From: Epithemia pelagica
Taxonomy: Eukaryota > Protista > Bacillariophyta
DNA: 64,000 bases
NCBI GenBank assembly: GCA_946965045.2
Contig: OX337240.1
Location: 930,001 to 994,000 of the forward strand
Reading direction: 5' to 3'
Of this stretch, positions 46,399 to 55,700 are shown in pieces. The notes below the pieces were generated by a model. The model was given only the letters and a program-made list of their open reading frames with translations. It had not been told where the DNA came from and ran no database searches. Every line of letters begins with the position of its first letter. The first letter of the stretch is position 1. A program made the position numbers and the translations under genes.

Positions 46399-47259
46399 TC
46401 ACTAGTCCGGTCTGGCTCCGTTGCAAGTCAGATACTCGTATTCAACGAGACTAGATCCTTGGGCGAATCATATGGACCAATCTACTTAGTCCGATCCAGA
46501 TATTTCCCGACCTTCCCAGGCCATTGTGCCCTTAGCTCTTATTCTTCTTTCCTCACAGCTCAGAGTCTTGGGTCTGATAAACCAAAATAGCGTCGTGTCA
46601 TTGTCTCAAAAACATAAAGAGTGACTATTAGGCACCTCCAACTTAGAGGAGCTATCTATCGCTAAAATCGCTCTTAAACGCGACCCTTTCTCGTTTCCTC
46701 CACCACGATAACAACACGACAATCAAACTTTGTCTTGTTGCTGTTGAACTCCTACGACCACCCCATCATGATCCGACCATTGTATGCTTCATATTAGCAC
46801 CATGGTAGTGCATTGTGAGGGGCACAGTGCATGCGTGTCAGTCGAGGAAAGATAATGTAGTGAGCCCGCAATACGGCACAACACGAGACTATGATGCACT
46901 ACGTAACTACTGCTGTTATGTGTATTGTGTATCAATAGGTGCCAAGATAAGAGCCATATCACCCTTTGAGTTGTTTCGTTCGAAATGGTGAGACGTGAGA
47001 CGTCACTTCCGTATGCCCGTGCCACGAGGCATGGTGCCTGAGAGTCTGATCCATAATTGCCTAGACCTTCAGGTTTTGGCCTCGCAGATGCATCCTACAC
47101 TATTGGTTTGAGGTCTACGATTCATCCGACAGGTTCGAAGTGTCAGAATAGGTCCACAACAACCAGTGCAACACATGGTCCGTGTTGTTATCGCGATGGT
47201 CGGAATGAGTTATGCCGGCCGACTAGAAACAGGTTAATTTTGTGTGTCGACCTTTGATT

Positions 47260-47900
47260 TTAACCTTTGGTGATGATAAGTTTGGATACTACGAAACCAT
47301 TGTTGGTGGTGCTGGGGCTGGTCCAACATGGAACGGTGTTTCAGGTGTACATACGCACTGTACCAATACCCGCATTGAGGGTTCTAAAGACTCCTTCGTG
47401 AACACATTCATGCAGTATACCAAGACAAACGACCAGACGACGAATCGGAACGCGTCATGCTTGTATGACATTGCCTACATCTTGGGAGGGAGAGAAGTGG
47501 GGGTCGAATCGAAATATGTGATGGCCAATGATCGAGCCCTGGGACGGGATGGTCAAGACGCCGGCTCGCTTCGGATCCGATTCAACAACAACATTCCTCA
47601 AAGCTTATTGAATCAGCTCGAGGCGGAAGGGTGTGACACGGTGGGACGGCCCGGTCTCGCCATGATGCACAATGTCGAAAAACGTCAAACCCTTGTTGGT
47701 GGAACCAGCTAAGTCACCGAAAAAGCGTTTGGGCGAGGAACCTCCTATAGGTGCCAGTCACCGAAACAAGAGGCTGAAACGGGCCAAAGCCGCTGTGGTG
47801 TCCACCTCGAAAAATGCCTTGACCGAGAACAAAAGTCGCAAACAGCAACGACAGGAACCACCTCCTCTTGTACTGAGTAATGCCGACAAGTGTGGACCTA
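47260..47900 (+). repeat. Patchwork of oxoprolinase/BRCT fragments, duplicate of 33782-34422
   Basis: Direct match to 33782-34422. Confidence 0.85.
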
Positions 47901-49796
47901 TCACCGTTCACCGCATCTATCACTACCGTACTGGTTATTTGCAACCGCTTCCCCGTCACCACGAGGAGAAGAAAACTGATTGAGGATCTCTTCCAAGGTC
48001 GAAATTGTTTGGTGGAGGCAGTCTGGAGGTTGTCGAAGTCCAAAGTCTGTGGGATCCTCGCCGTCGTTCGACTTGAGGTATTCCTCGGTCATTGCCGCCA
48101 TTCGATGAAGTTTGTCAACTGAGCTCTTCTCCTCGTTCAGATTGTCAAAGAGACCGGAAGGGGAAGTCAGCAGCAAGAATGAAGCCACCAATTGGATCTG
48201 CGTGTACAACAGTGCTTGTGTCCATGCACGCAAGAAATTGGGATACCGCAAGTATGCATATACTACACTGTCGTCCTCGAGGATTCTCTTAGGCGCATTT
48301 GCCTTCACTGTCCCTTCATCCAGATCAATTAGCGTCAACTTTTGGGAAACGGCGTTGTAAACCAGGTTGTGTGGAAGAGCATCCCCGTGGAAAAGACTAT
48401 CGCACAAGGATTTTGTCTCTCCCCATAAAATACTGAAAATGGAGCAAAACTTGTGGAAACCGAGATCGACAATGGTTTCCTCATCAACGGCATCGCCACA
48501 ATCGTGCATGAGGAAAACTCCCAACTGTTTACTTCCGTAGGGCATTACACAGTATATGTCGTCGTACTGCTGCTGTTCCTTATCCAAAAGCTCAAACAAC
48601 TGCTCAGCAGGGTTGGGCCGAAGAGATGTATCCTTCAACCTTACTTTGAGATAGAAATGTTTGGTAGAATCTGCTGGTTTCAACGATTTGAAAAAAACAC
48701 GAACTTCCCCTTCAAACACCTTCCAACGTCGACCTAAGGAGGGGGGAAATCTGTCCAAGAGTAGTGTTATTTCATCTTTGTTCCCATAAAAGACCATTGA
48801 CGTCGTGCCATTGAAGACGAGATGCGGGCTGTTCCATAAGGCTTCCGGTAATGTGAGAAGAGCTGGAATCCTGTGCGAAGCTTCAATCACCTGCTCGATT
48901 TCACCACCAGTTTCCTGCGTCTTCCCGTTCCTGAGAAAGTGCACTAGAAGCTGAACTCCAAACAAATCATCCGTCCGACACTGTGTCCAAAAGACTTGTG
49001 AAAGAAGGGAATCACCCAGATGCTCAGGTGCTGATAGTCGGACAAGGCCCACCGCGTATTCGTTCTTCTTCGCACCAAAGCAACCGTAGCCGCAGAGGCA
49101 AAATCCAAAGACGGACCGCACATTCATTCCCATGTGCACACGGAAAAAATAGAGAAGGGCACAGAGGTATAAGGCGCACTGCTTTGAAGCATTGGATATA
49201 GAGAAGGTGCCACCATTTTTTATTTCCCCAAAGTGAAGGGACCTTGCTCGAAGAACAGTCAAATTTGGTTGAGAGGTGGTTGTCACATTCAATCCCTTCA
49301 ACAATCTCTCCTGGATCAGGATTGCATTCAATCCTTCCTCTCGATTGAGGCGAGATTCGTAGAACTCATTCAAGAGTGCTTTCAGAGGTGTTTCCTGGTA
49401 GCGCTCATTTCGTCCAAAAATTCTCCGCAACATTATCTCGCTTTCCCACTGTGATGACGAAACGGGAAATTCAACGCCATGATTGCGCTTGAGTTCCGTA
49501 AAGATGGCATTGCGTAGCCCATTCTCCGACAGCCTTCTATCCTTCAAAGCTCGTTTCACGTTATCTCCGATGATGATCTCGGAGGACGGTGCGATATGTG
49601 ACTTGTCCGGAAAGAAAATGTCAGGTTTGTCCACGGCAATCTCTTTAATCTCGGCTGGGTAATGGTCGTGCAATATGGCGGAGGACTTGCTGGCACAAAG
49701 GGCGCCCGAAGGTGCGGGGCGCTCCATCAAGCCCAGTCTTTGTCTCTTTTGTGGCCTGTCGCTTCGGCCGTCTGCTACGCTGGCAATGGGTTTCAT
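47901..49796 (-). CDS. CR-like REase+kinase protein, copy 3
   Basis: 631-aa paralogue; a mosaic of copy 1-like, copy 2-like and unique blocks. Confidence 0.65.
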   Translation of the reverse strand: MKPIASVADGRSDRPQKRQRLGLMERPAPSGALCASKSSAILHDHYPAEIKEIAVDKPDIFFPDKSHIAPSSEIIIGDNVKRALKDRRLSENGLRNAIFTELKRNHGVEFPVSSSQWESEIMLRRIFGRNERYQETPLKALLNEFYESRLNREEGLNAILIQERLLKGLNVTTTSQPNLTVLRARSLHFGEIKNGGTFSISNASKQCALYLCALLYFFRVHMGMNVRSVFGFCLCGYGCFGAKKNEYAVGLVRLSAPEHLGDSLLSQVFWTQCRTDDLFGVQLLVHFLRNGKTQETGGEIEQVIEASHRIPALLTLPEALWNSPHLVFNGTTSMVFYGNKDEITLLLDRFPPSLGRRWKVFEGEVRVFFKSLKPADSTKHFYLKVRLKDTSLRPNPAEQLFELLDKEQQQYDDIYCVMPYGSKQLGVFLMHDCGDAVDEETIVDLGFHKFCSIFSILWGETKSLCDSLFHGDALPHNLVYNAVSQKLTLIDLDEGTVKANAPKRILEDDSVVYAYLRYPNFLRAWTQALLYTQIQLVASFLLLTSPSGLFDNLNEEKSSVDKLHRMAAMTEEYLKSNDGEDPTDFGLRQPPDCLHQTISTLEEILNQFSSPRGDGEAVANNQYGSDRCGER

Positions 49797-49913
49797 GATT
49801 GTAGCTTTAATCTTTGTTTCACCTTGTGTTGTTGTTGTTTTTACTTTACAAATCTATTGCAGGGTTGTGAAGTACCAAGTACCTATTTTTTCCAAAAGTA
49901 CTACTTTTCGCAT

Positions 49914-50153
49914 TGAATAAATAATCACGGGCGCCCCCTTTGTAACCTACGAAGGGCCTCGCCATGCCTCGCTACGCACCGCCTGGCATCGCCCGGCCCC
50001 TAGTTATGTGTTCGCTAGTGGGTACCGTGGTCGCTATTTGGCCCCTACGTGAGCGATTTGCCCCCAAAGGGCACCCCTAGTTTAGTCATCATAATTTCTG
50101 ATAGTTTGATTGTTGCAAGCCGTATATTGCGTCTGGCCGTCAGTTTTTATTCA
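49914..50153 (+). repeat. 5' LTR
   Basis: Identical to 57074-57313; TG..CA ends with an 8-bp terminal inverted repeat. Confidence 0.97.
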
Positions 50154-50167
50154 GTTTATCAGACCCA
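50154..50167 (+). promoter_or_regulatory. Putative PBS GTTTATCAGACCCA
   Basis: Lies directly after the 5' LTR and is shared with three other CoDi copies in the window. Confidence 0.65.
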
Positions 50168-50648
50168 GGTCTGTTGTTTCCCCACTGTTCGCCGGACGGC
50201 AAGCGCCTGATCAACGCTCGGGAGTTGTTCGCGCTAAGCGGCTTCGTCACTCGCTCGCTTGCGTCATCTCTGTGACTTGTTTTTGTCACTGTGGGACCCA
50301 CTCGCTAATTTGTGACTTGTGACTGCACAACGTACCGTGCACGTGCTCGTACACGTGGACCGTCCATCCACGCGCTCCGTACGACTCAACTATATAAGCC
50401 TGCTGGCTTTTGACACGTGCCTGCTTGCTCGCGGAATCGCCGGTTCGCCGACTCGCGGATTCGCCGATCACTAGCTCGCTCGCTCGCGGAATCGCCGGAC
50501 GACTACTCGCCGATTCACTCGCAGATTGTTGGCTCACAGAAATTCGCTCTTCCCATCACAATTGCAAATTTCTGCACAAGAACAAGCCTTCCCTTGCCAT
50601 CCGTTTGACCTTCTACTACCCTCCTACCCTTCATCCGACCCTTGAACC

Positions 50649-52724
50649 ATGGCCGCAAATGCCTTCCGTACTGCACTGGGCCGCTGTGGCTACGACAATG
50701 CTACCGTTGGGTACCTAACGCAACAGGGCTTCACGACAACGGATCAGTTCCTGGAGTTTCCTATCAACGAAGTAAAGCCCATGCTGAAGACACTAGCCAA
50801 GAACCTACCTGACGGTGTCACCCTACCCTACCAATTCAACCTCAAGTTCCTTGGCTTCCGAATGTGGTTGGAATACCGTTCCGTCCGTGGTCAAGACCTT
50901 GATGCTGGTGCTTATACTGGTGACGTAATCACCAAGTGGATGAAACGCGTAACGGAACTCGCGAATGCCACCACCACTGATGGTCAGGATGACCCAGTAC
51001 CACCCAAAAGGCTAACGAACCTTGCCGATTGGGAACGTCACGACGGAATGTGGCGCACGTACTTGGGTCAGCACCGTAATCCGACAACGGGAGTGCCGCT
51101 CACCTACGTATTGCGTGAGGAGTCCGACGTACCGGACGACGCACTAACCGCCGATTACGACTGCATTGACGACGACCTAGTCGCGACCACTCGTCATGAG
51201 GGGGACCAGTACAAAGCCCACCGACGCAGAGTGTATGAGCTGTACTATCCTCTTATCTACGATGGTCCGGCATGGACGTTTGCTAAAACGCACGCGAAAT
51301 CGAAGGACGGCCGTGAGGCCTACCTAACCGTCAAGCGGCAAGCCACTGGACAGGCCGCGAGCATCCTACGCAAGAAACAGGCTTATGCGCAGATCGCAAA
51401 TGCTAAGTTTACAGGACGAGGGAAGTACCGCTTCCATGACTACATTCACCGTCACCAACATGCGCACAACACCCTGGAAGAGCTTGGCGAAACGGTCGCG
51501 GAAACGAAAAAAGTGACCGATTTCATGAATGGGATCACCGATCCGACGCTCGTCCAAGCAAAGACCGTCGTCAACGGTGACCAGGAGAAGTTGGAGAACT
51601 TTGAAGCGTGCCAGCAATACTTCTTGACTGTGCACAGTGCCGCCAAAACCGAAACGCAGGACGATTCTTGCAAGATCGCTGCTGCTAGTACCACCCCAAG
51701 CAAAGGAAAGGGCAAAGGGCGCAATCAGAAAAAGAGCAAGAAAAAGAAGGACCGCGTTCATGCTGGTCACTACGATGCCGACGAATGGGCAGACCTGACG
51801 GAGGACGAACGCAAACAAGTCCAGGCTCTTCGCAAAGAGCGCAAAGAAAAGCGGAAGCTTGGATCCGTCACCACAGACGACTCTTCCAACGCATCGTCGA
51901 AGAGATCGAAAACGTCGCATGGGAGTACTGCTGAGGACGCAATCTCAGTAGACATTGATGACGACGCTAAGCCTGAGGCTAAGACCAACGTATCGGTCAT
52001 TATGGAAGTGGACGAGAACTTGCTTGACTCCTCTGTTGACAACGTACCGTCGCCAGACAAGCACTCTAAGTTCCGCGCTTCCGCCTCACCTGCAAAATCA
52101 TCCGAAGATGATTCGCAGCCGACAAAGTCCTCAGCTGGCAACAGCTTTGGACGTTTCGCGCATAAGGCTAAAGCACAACCGAACGAACCCGGATCTGCGT
52201 CCGTCAAATCCGTACGTACTCGCCCCATGGGGGAATACGAGACCTATCCACCTATGTGGCAATGGGAAGAGGACGGACGTCCTGATATGAGTCATATGAC
52301 CATCCCACCAGTCCCGGAACACGGCGACATCTTTGTAAAGCTGCCGCTACCGGTCAAAGGCAAGTTTGCTGAAGGGCCTCGCAACGTCCGCTCACTTACC
52401 AAGCATGACCAAAGTATGCTGAAAGGAAGCTTCCGCGAAGAGATCGACACTATTGTACACAATAGTCCAATTTGGTCTTGGCGCTGGTCTAAAATGTCAG
52501 GCTATGAACGAGAAGAGCGCCAAATGTACCATGTGTGCAGACGCTTAGCCGAGCACACGGAAGTGTTCGACGAAGCCTTGAAATACACTATGCTTGCCAA
52601 TGGACAATTGGCTGCCGCAGAGCGAAGGCGTAATGTATGCGGTCGTTATTCCGCCGATCTTGAATTCGATGTCCGTGACCCCAATGTCTCTGACAAGTCT
52701 GCCGACATGTCTAATTCCTCCTGA
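50649..52724 (+). CDS. gag: Copia Gag
   Basis: GVPLTYVLRE, HEGDQY..RRVYEL..IYDGPAWTF..KDGREAYL and KKVTDFMNGITDP; ends at an in-frame TGA. Confidence 0.9.
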   Translation: MAANAFRTALGRCGYDNATVGYLTQQGFTTTDQFLEFPINEVKPMLKTLAKNLPDGVTLPYQFNLKFLGFRMWLEYRSVRGQDLDAGAYTGDVITKWMKRVTELANATTTDGQDDPVPPKRLTNLADWERHDGMWRTYLGQHRNPTTGVPLTYVLREESDVPDDALTADYDCIDDDLVATTRHEGDQYKAHRRRVYELYYPLIYDGPAWTFAKTHAKSKDGREAYLTVKRQATGQAASILRKKQAYAQIANAKFTGRGKYRFHDYIHRHQHAHNTLEELGETVAETKKVTDFMNGITDPTLVQAKTVVNGDQEKLENFEACQQYFLTVHSAAKTETQDDSCKIAAASTTPSKGKGKGRNQKKSKKKKDRVHAGHYDADEWADLTEDERKQVQALRKERKEKRKLGSVTTDDSSNASSKRSKTSHGSTAEDAISVDIDDDAKPEAKTNVSVIMEVDENLLDSSVDNVPSPDKHSKFRASASPAKSSEDDSQPTKSSAGNSFGRFAHKAKAQPNEPGSASVKSVRTRPMGEYETYPPMWQWEEDGRPDMSHMTIPPVPEHGDIFVKLPLPVKGKFAEGPRNVRSLTKHDQSMLKGSFREEIDTIVHNSPIWSWRWSKMSGYEREERQMYHVCRRLAEHTEVFDEALKYTMLANGQLAAAERRRNVCGRYSADLEFDVRDPNVSDKSADMSNSS

Positions 52725-55700
52725 TGGAGTGTGCCCTGTGTATCCGCTGCCGAAGCAGTAAAACTTGATAAAACGAATCTTATTGTTCAATCGAATACAC
52801 ATGTAGGCACCCATTATAGTTATTCTGAACGTTTCGCACATCGTCTATGTGCTATGAACACCGACGAATATGGTGTTGAGACCATTGAGCTCACCTGTGA
52901 GTTGGACTCACATGCGGACACCTGTGCCGTGGGAAGAGACTTCGTAATGCTCTCCGAAGCCCACCGCTATATCAGTGTGCATCCGTTCGCGGAGGAATAT
53001 AACCCGCTGACCAATGTCCCTATTGCGACTGTTGCCACTGTCTGGACTGACAGCGAAAACCAGTCTTACTTGCTTGTTATCCACCAAGCATTGTTTTTAG
53101 GGGACCGTATGGGCAGTTCGTTACTCTGTCCGAACCAGATGCGTGCCCATGGCATCGTTGTCAACGACGTACCTAAACAGTTTGACCCGCACAGCACGCA
53201 TAGTATCCACGTACCGGATGCCGATCTCACTATCCCGCTCACCATGGCTGGTGTGATAAGTGGTTTCGCCACTCGCAAACCCACTTCTGACGAGCTGGAA
53301 CACTTGCCACAAGTTGTGCTAACTGCCGATAGCCCATGGCAACCTCGTTCTACCGCCTTTGCGGACGCAGAGGAGAAACTGGGTGTAGCTGCCGCTACTG
53401 TCGTTCGCAATGGCGATCCGAATTCGATTGCCGCATCCTCCATTCCACGACTCATCAAAGCAGTGCAAACGTACCAGCATGCTTTTGCCAATCCATCACC
53501 CGATCTGGACGCCGACGCACAAGGCGACGACCTATACGAACGCTTGATAGCGACGGTCACTGTTCATCCAGAGAAGGAGGAGCCTGATGTAGTCCCGGAG
53601 GACAAACGTGAACGTCGGCTGTACATGATCAAGACTGCTAACGAGTCTTCCCCAGCCGATCCTGCTGGAAAGGGAGTGCTTGACGCAGCCGTACTGTCAC
53701 AACGATGGGGCATTGGTTTACCCAAAGCGAAGAATACGCTTAAAGTGACGACGCAGGCTGGAGTACGAAACGTATTAATCCCATCTGAGCGTAAGGTCCG
53801 TAAGAAGGCACCGTGGCTCAAATTCCCCAATGTGAAAGGCCGTTGGTTCTCGGACGAGATGTTTGCCAAGGAAGTTTCACTGAACGGGGACACGGGCGCC
53901 TCGATCTTTACAGACGGCAAAGGATTCGACCACGTTTATCCCTGGAAGTCGAAAAAGCAACATCCTGAAGGATTGATGTCTTTGATTCACAATGTAGGGA
54001 TTCCCCAAACAATGGTATCTGATGGTGCCCGAGAATTGTTCCTAGGGAAGTCCCATGAAATATGCAACGAGTACCGCATAAAGATGGAGAAAACGGTTCC
54101 TTATAGTCCATGGCAGAACGCCGCCGAAGCGAGCATTCGTGAACTAAAGAAGGGAGTTGTCAAGATTATGAGGACAACCGGCGCACCACAACGTTTATGG
54201 AGCTATGCTCTTAAATGGTGCTCACACGTACGGCAACTCACGGCATCCGATATCCCTGAATTAGATGGACGTACACCGTTCGAGCATGTAATTGGCTCAA
54301 CGCCAGACATCTCTCCATTAGCCATGTTCCAATTCTATCAGCCGGTGTATTATCGCATGCCCATGGCACAGTTTCCCTTCGAAAAAAGACTGATTGGCCG
54401 ATGGTTGGGTTTAGCCGATGATTGCACCGATGATATGGCCTATGAAATCCTAACGCAAGAGGGCAATCATGTCACACGGAAAGATGTGTGGGCCATTCCG
54501 GAAGACGACCTGAAGAATCCGACGATTCATCAGCAGTTGTTGGACTATGATGTCGCTATTCAAACGCAAATGAAAGAGCCGCCATCTGATGGCACAACTG
54601 AGAGCGATCCACACCCAGACCTCTTTGACGAAGGTGAACTTCTAGAGCCCTTGTTCCCAGAGGCCGAATCCGACGCGTACACGCCGGAGGAACTAGACGA
54701 ATATCTCACCGCTGAAGTCATGCTGCCGCGAGGAGGTGAAAGCGCTCGAGCGAAAATCATTGGACGCACGAAAGATGCTCATGGGCGACCTATTGGTGAG
54801 CGCGACGCCAACCCAATCCTTGATACCCGGTACTACGATGTACAGTTTCCGGATGGATCGGTCGAGTCGTATGCAACCAATATGATCGCAGAGAATCTGT
54901 ATTCGCAAGTTGACCCGGAGGGTAATGCGTTCAACACATTGAAAGCCATTGTGGGGCACCGCAGTGATGAGACCGCAGTTAAGCGAACAGACGCATCGTT
55001 CCTTGACGGCACATCACACCACACAACGAAAGGCTGGGAATTGCAATGTGAACTGTCCGATCAATCGACTGTTTGGCTGCCGCTCAAAGACATCAAGAAT
55101 GGAAATATGATTGAAGTCGCCGAATACGCAGTATCCACTGGCATCGCAAAAGAGCCTGCTTTCGCATGGTGGGTCCCACGTGCACTTCGCAAACGAGACC
55201 GCATTATCAAAAAGGTTAAGTCACGTTATTGGAAGCGAACGCACAAGTATGGCATTGAGTTGCCCCACTCTGTGGAAGAAGCCCTGGCGATTGACCGTCG
55301 AAGGGGGACTGACTTCTGGCGTAAGGCTATTGAGAAAGAAATGAAGAACGTTGGCATTGCTTTCGAATTTCCAGCTGATGGCGAAGTGCCTTCTGGATAC
55401 AAGCATATTCCCTGTCATATGGTTTTTGACATCAAATCAGACCTGCGACGAAAAGCACGGTTAGTGGCCGGAGGCCACAAAACTGATCCACCCAAAGAAT
55501 CGACCTATTCTAGTGTGGTATCACGCGATAGCGTACGCATTGCTTTTACTATCGCTGCACTAAATGGTCTTGATGTTCTCGTCGGGGACGTGCAAAACGC
55601 ATATCTCAATGCACCGACTAAAGAGAAGACCTATACCACCGCGGGACTCGAATTTGGACCAGATAAGGTTGGACAACCTGCACTGATAGTGCGCGCATTA

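Larger units (their letters stand above)
37058..46590 (-). mobile_element. Decayed CoDi Ty1/copia retrotransposon, copy B
   Basis: Duplicate of copy A. It retains the RNase H end (ADLLTK..MILY* at 37058) but lacks ~370 bp (A 23506-23875). PBS-like motif at 46569-46583. Confidence 0.9.
37128..49859. repeat. Tandem segmental duplication, unit 2 (continues at 61624-61996 after the hAT insertion)
   Basis: Near-identical to unit 1. Confidence 0.92.

Noticed and set aside
50400-50530. Repeated CTCGCGGA(A/T)TCGCCG motifs in the CoDi leader as a separate element
   Set aside because: They lie within the retroelement 5' UTR, where short repeats and structure are ordinary; nothing indicates an independent feature.
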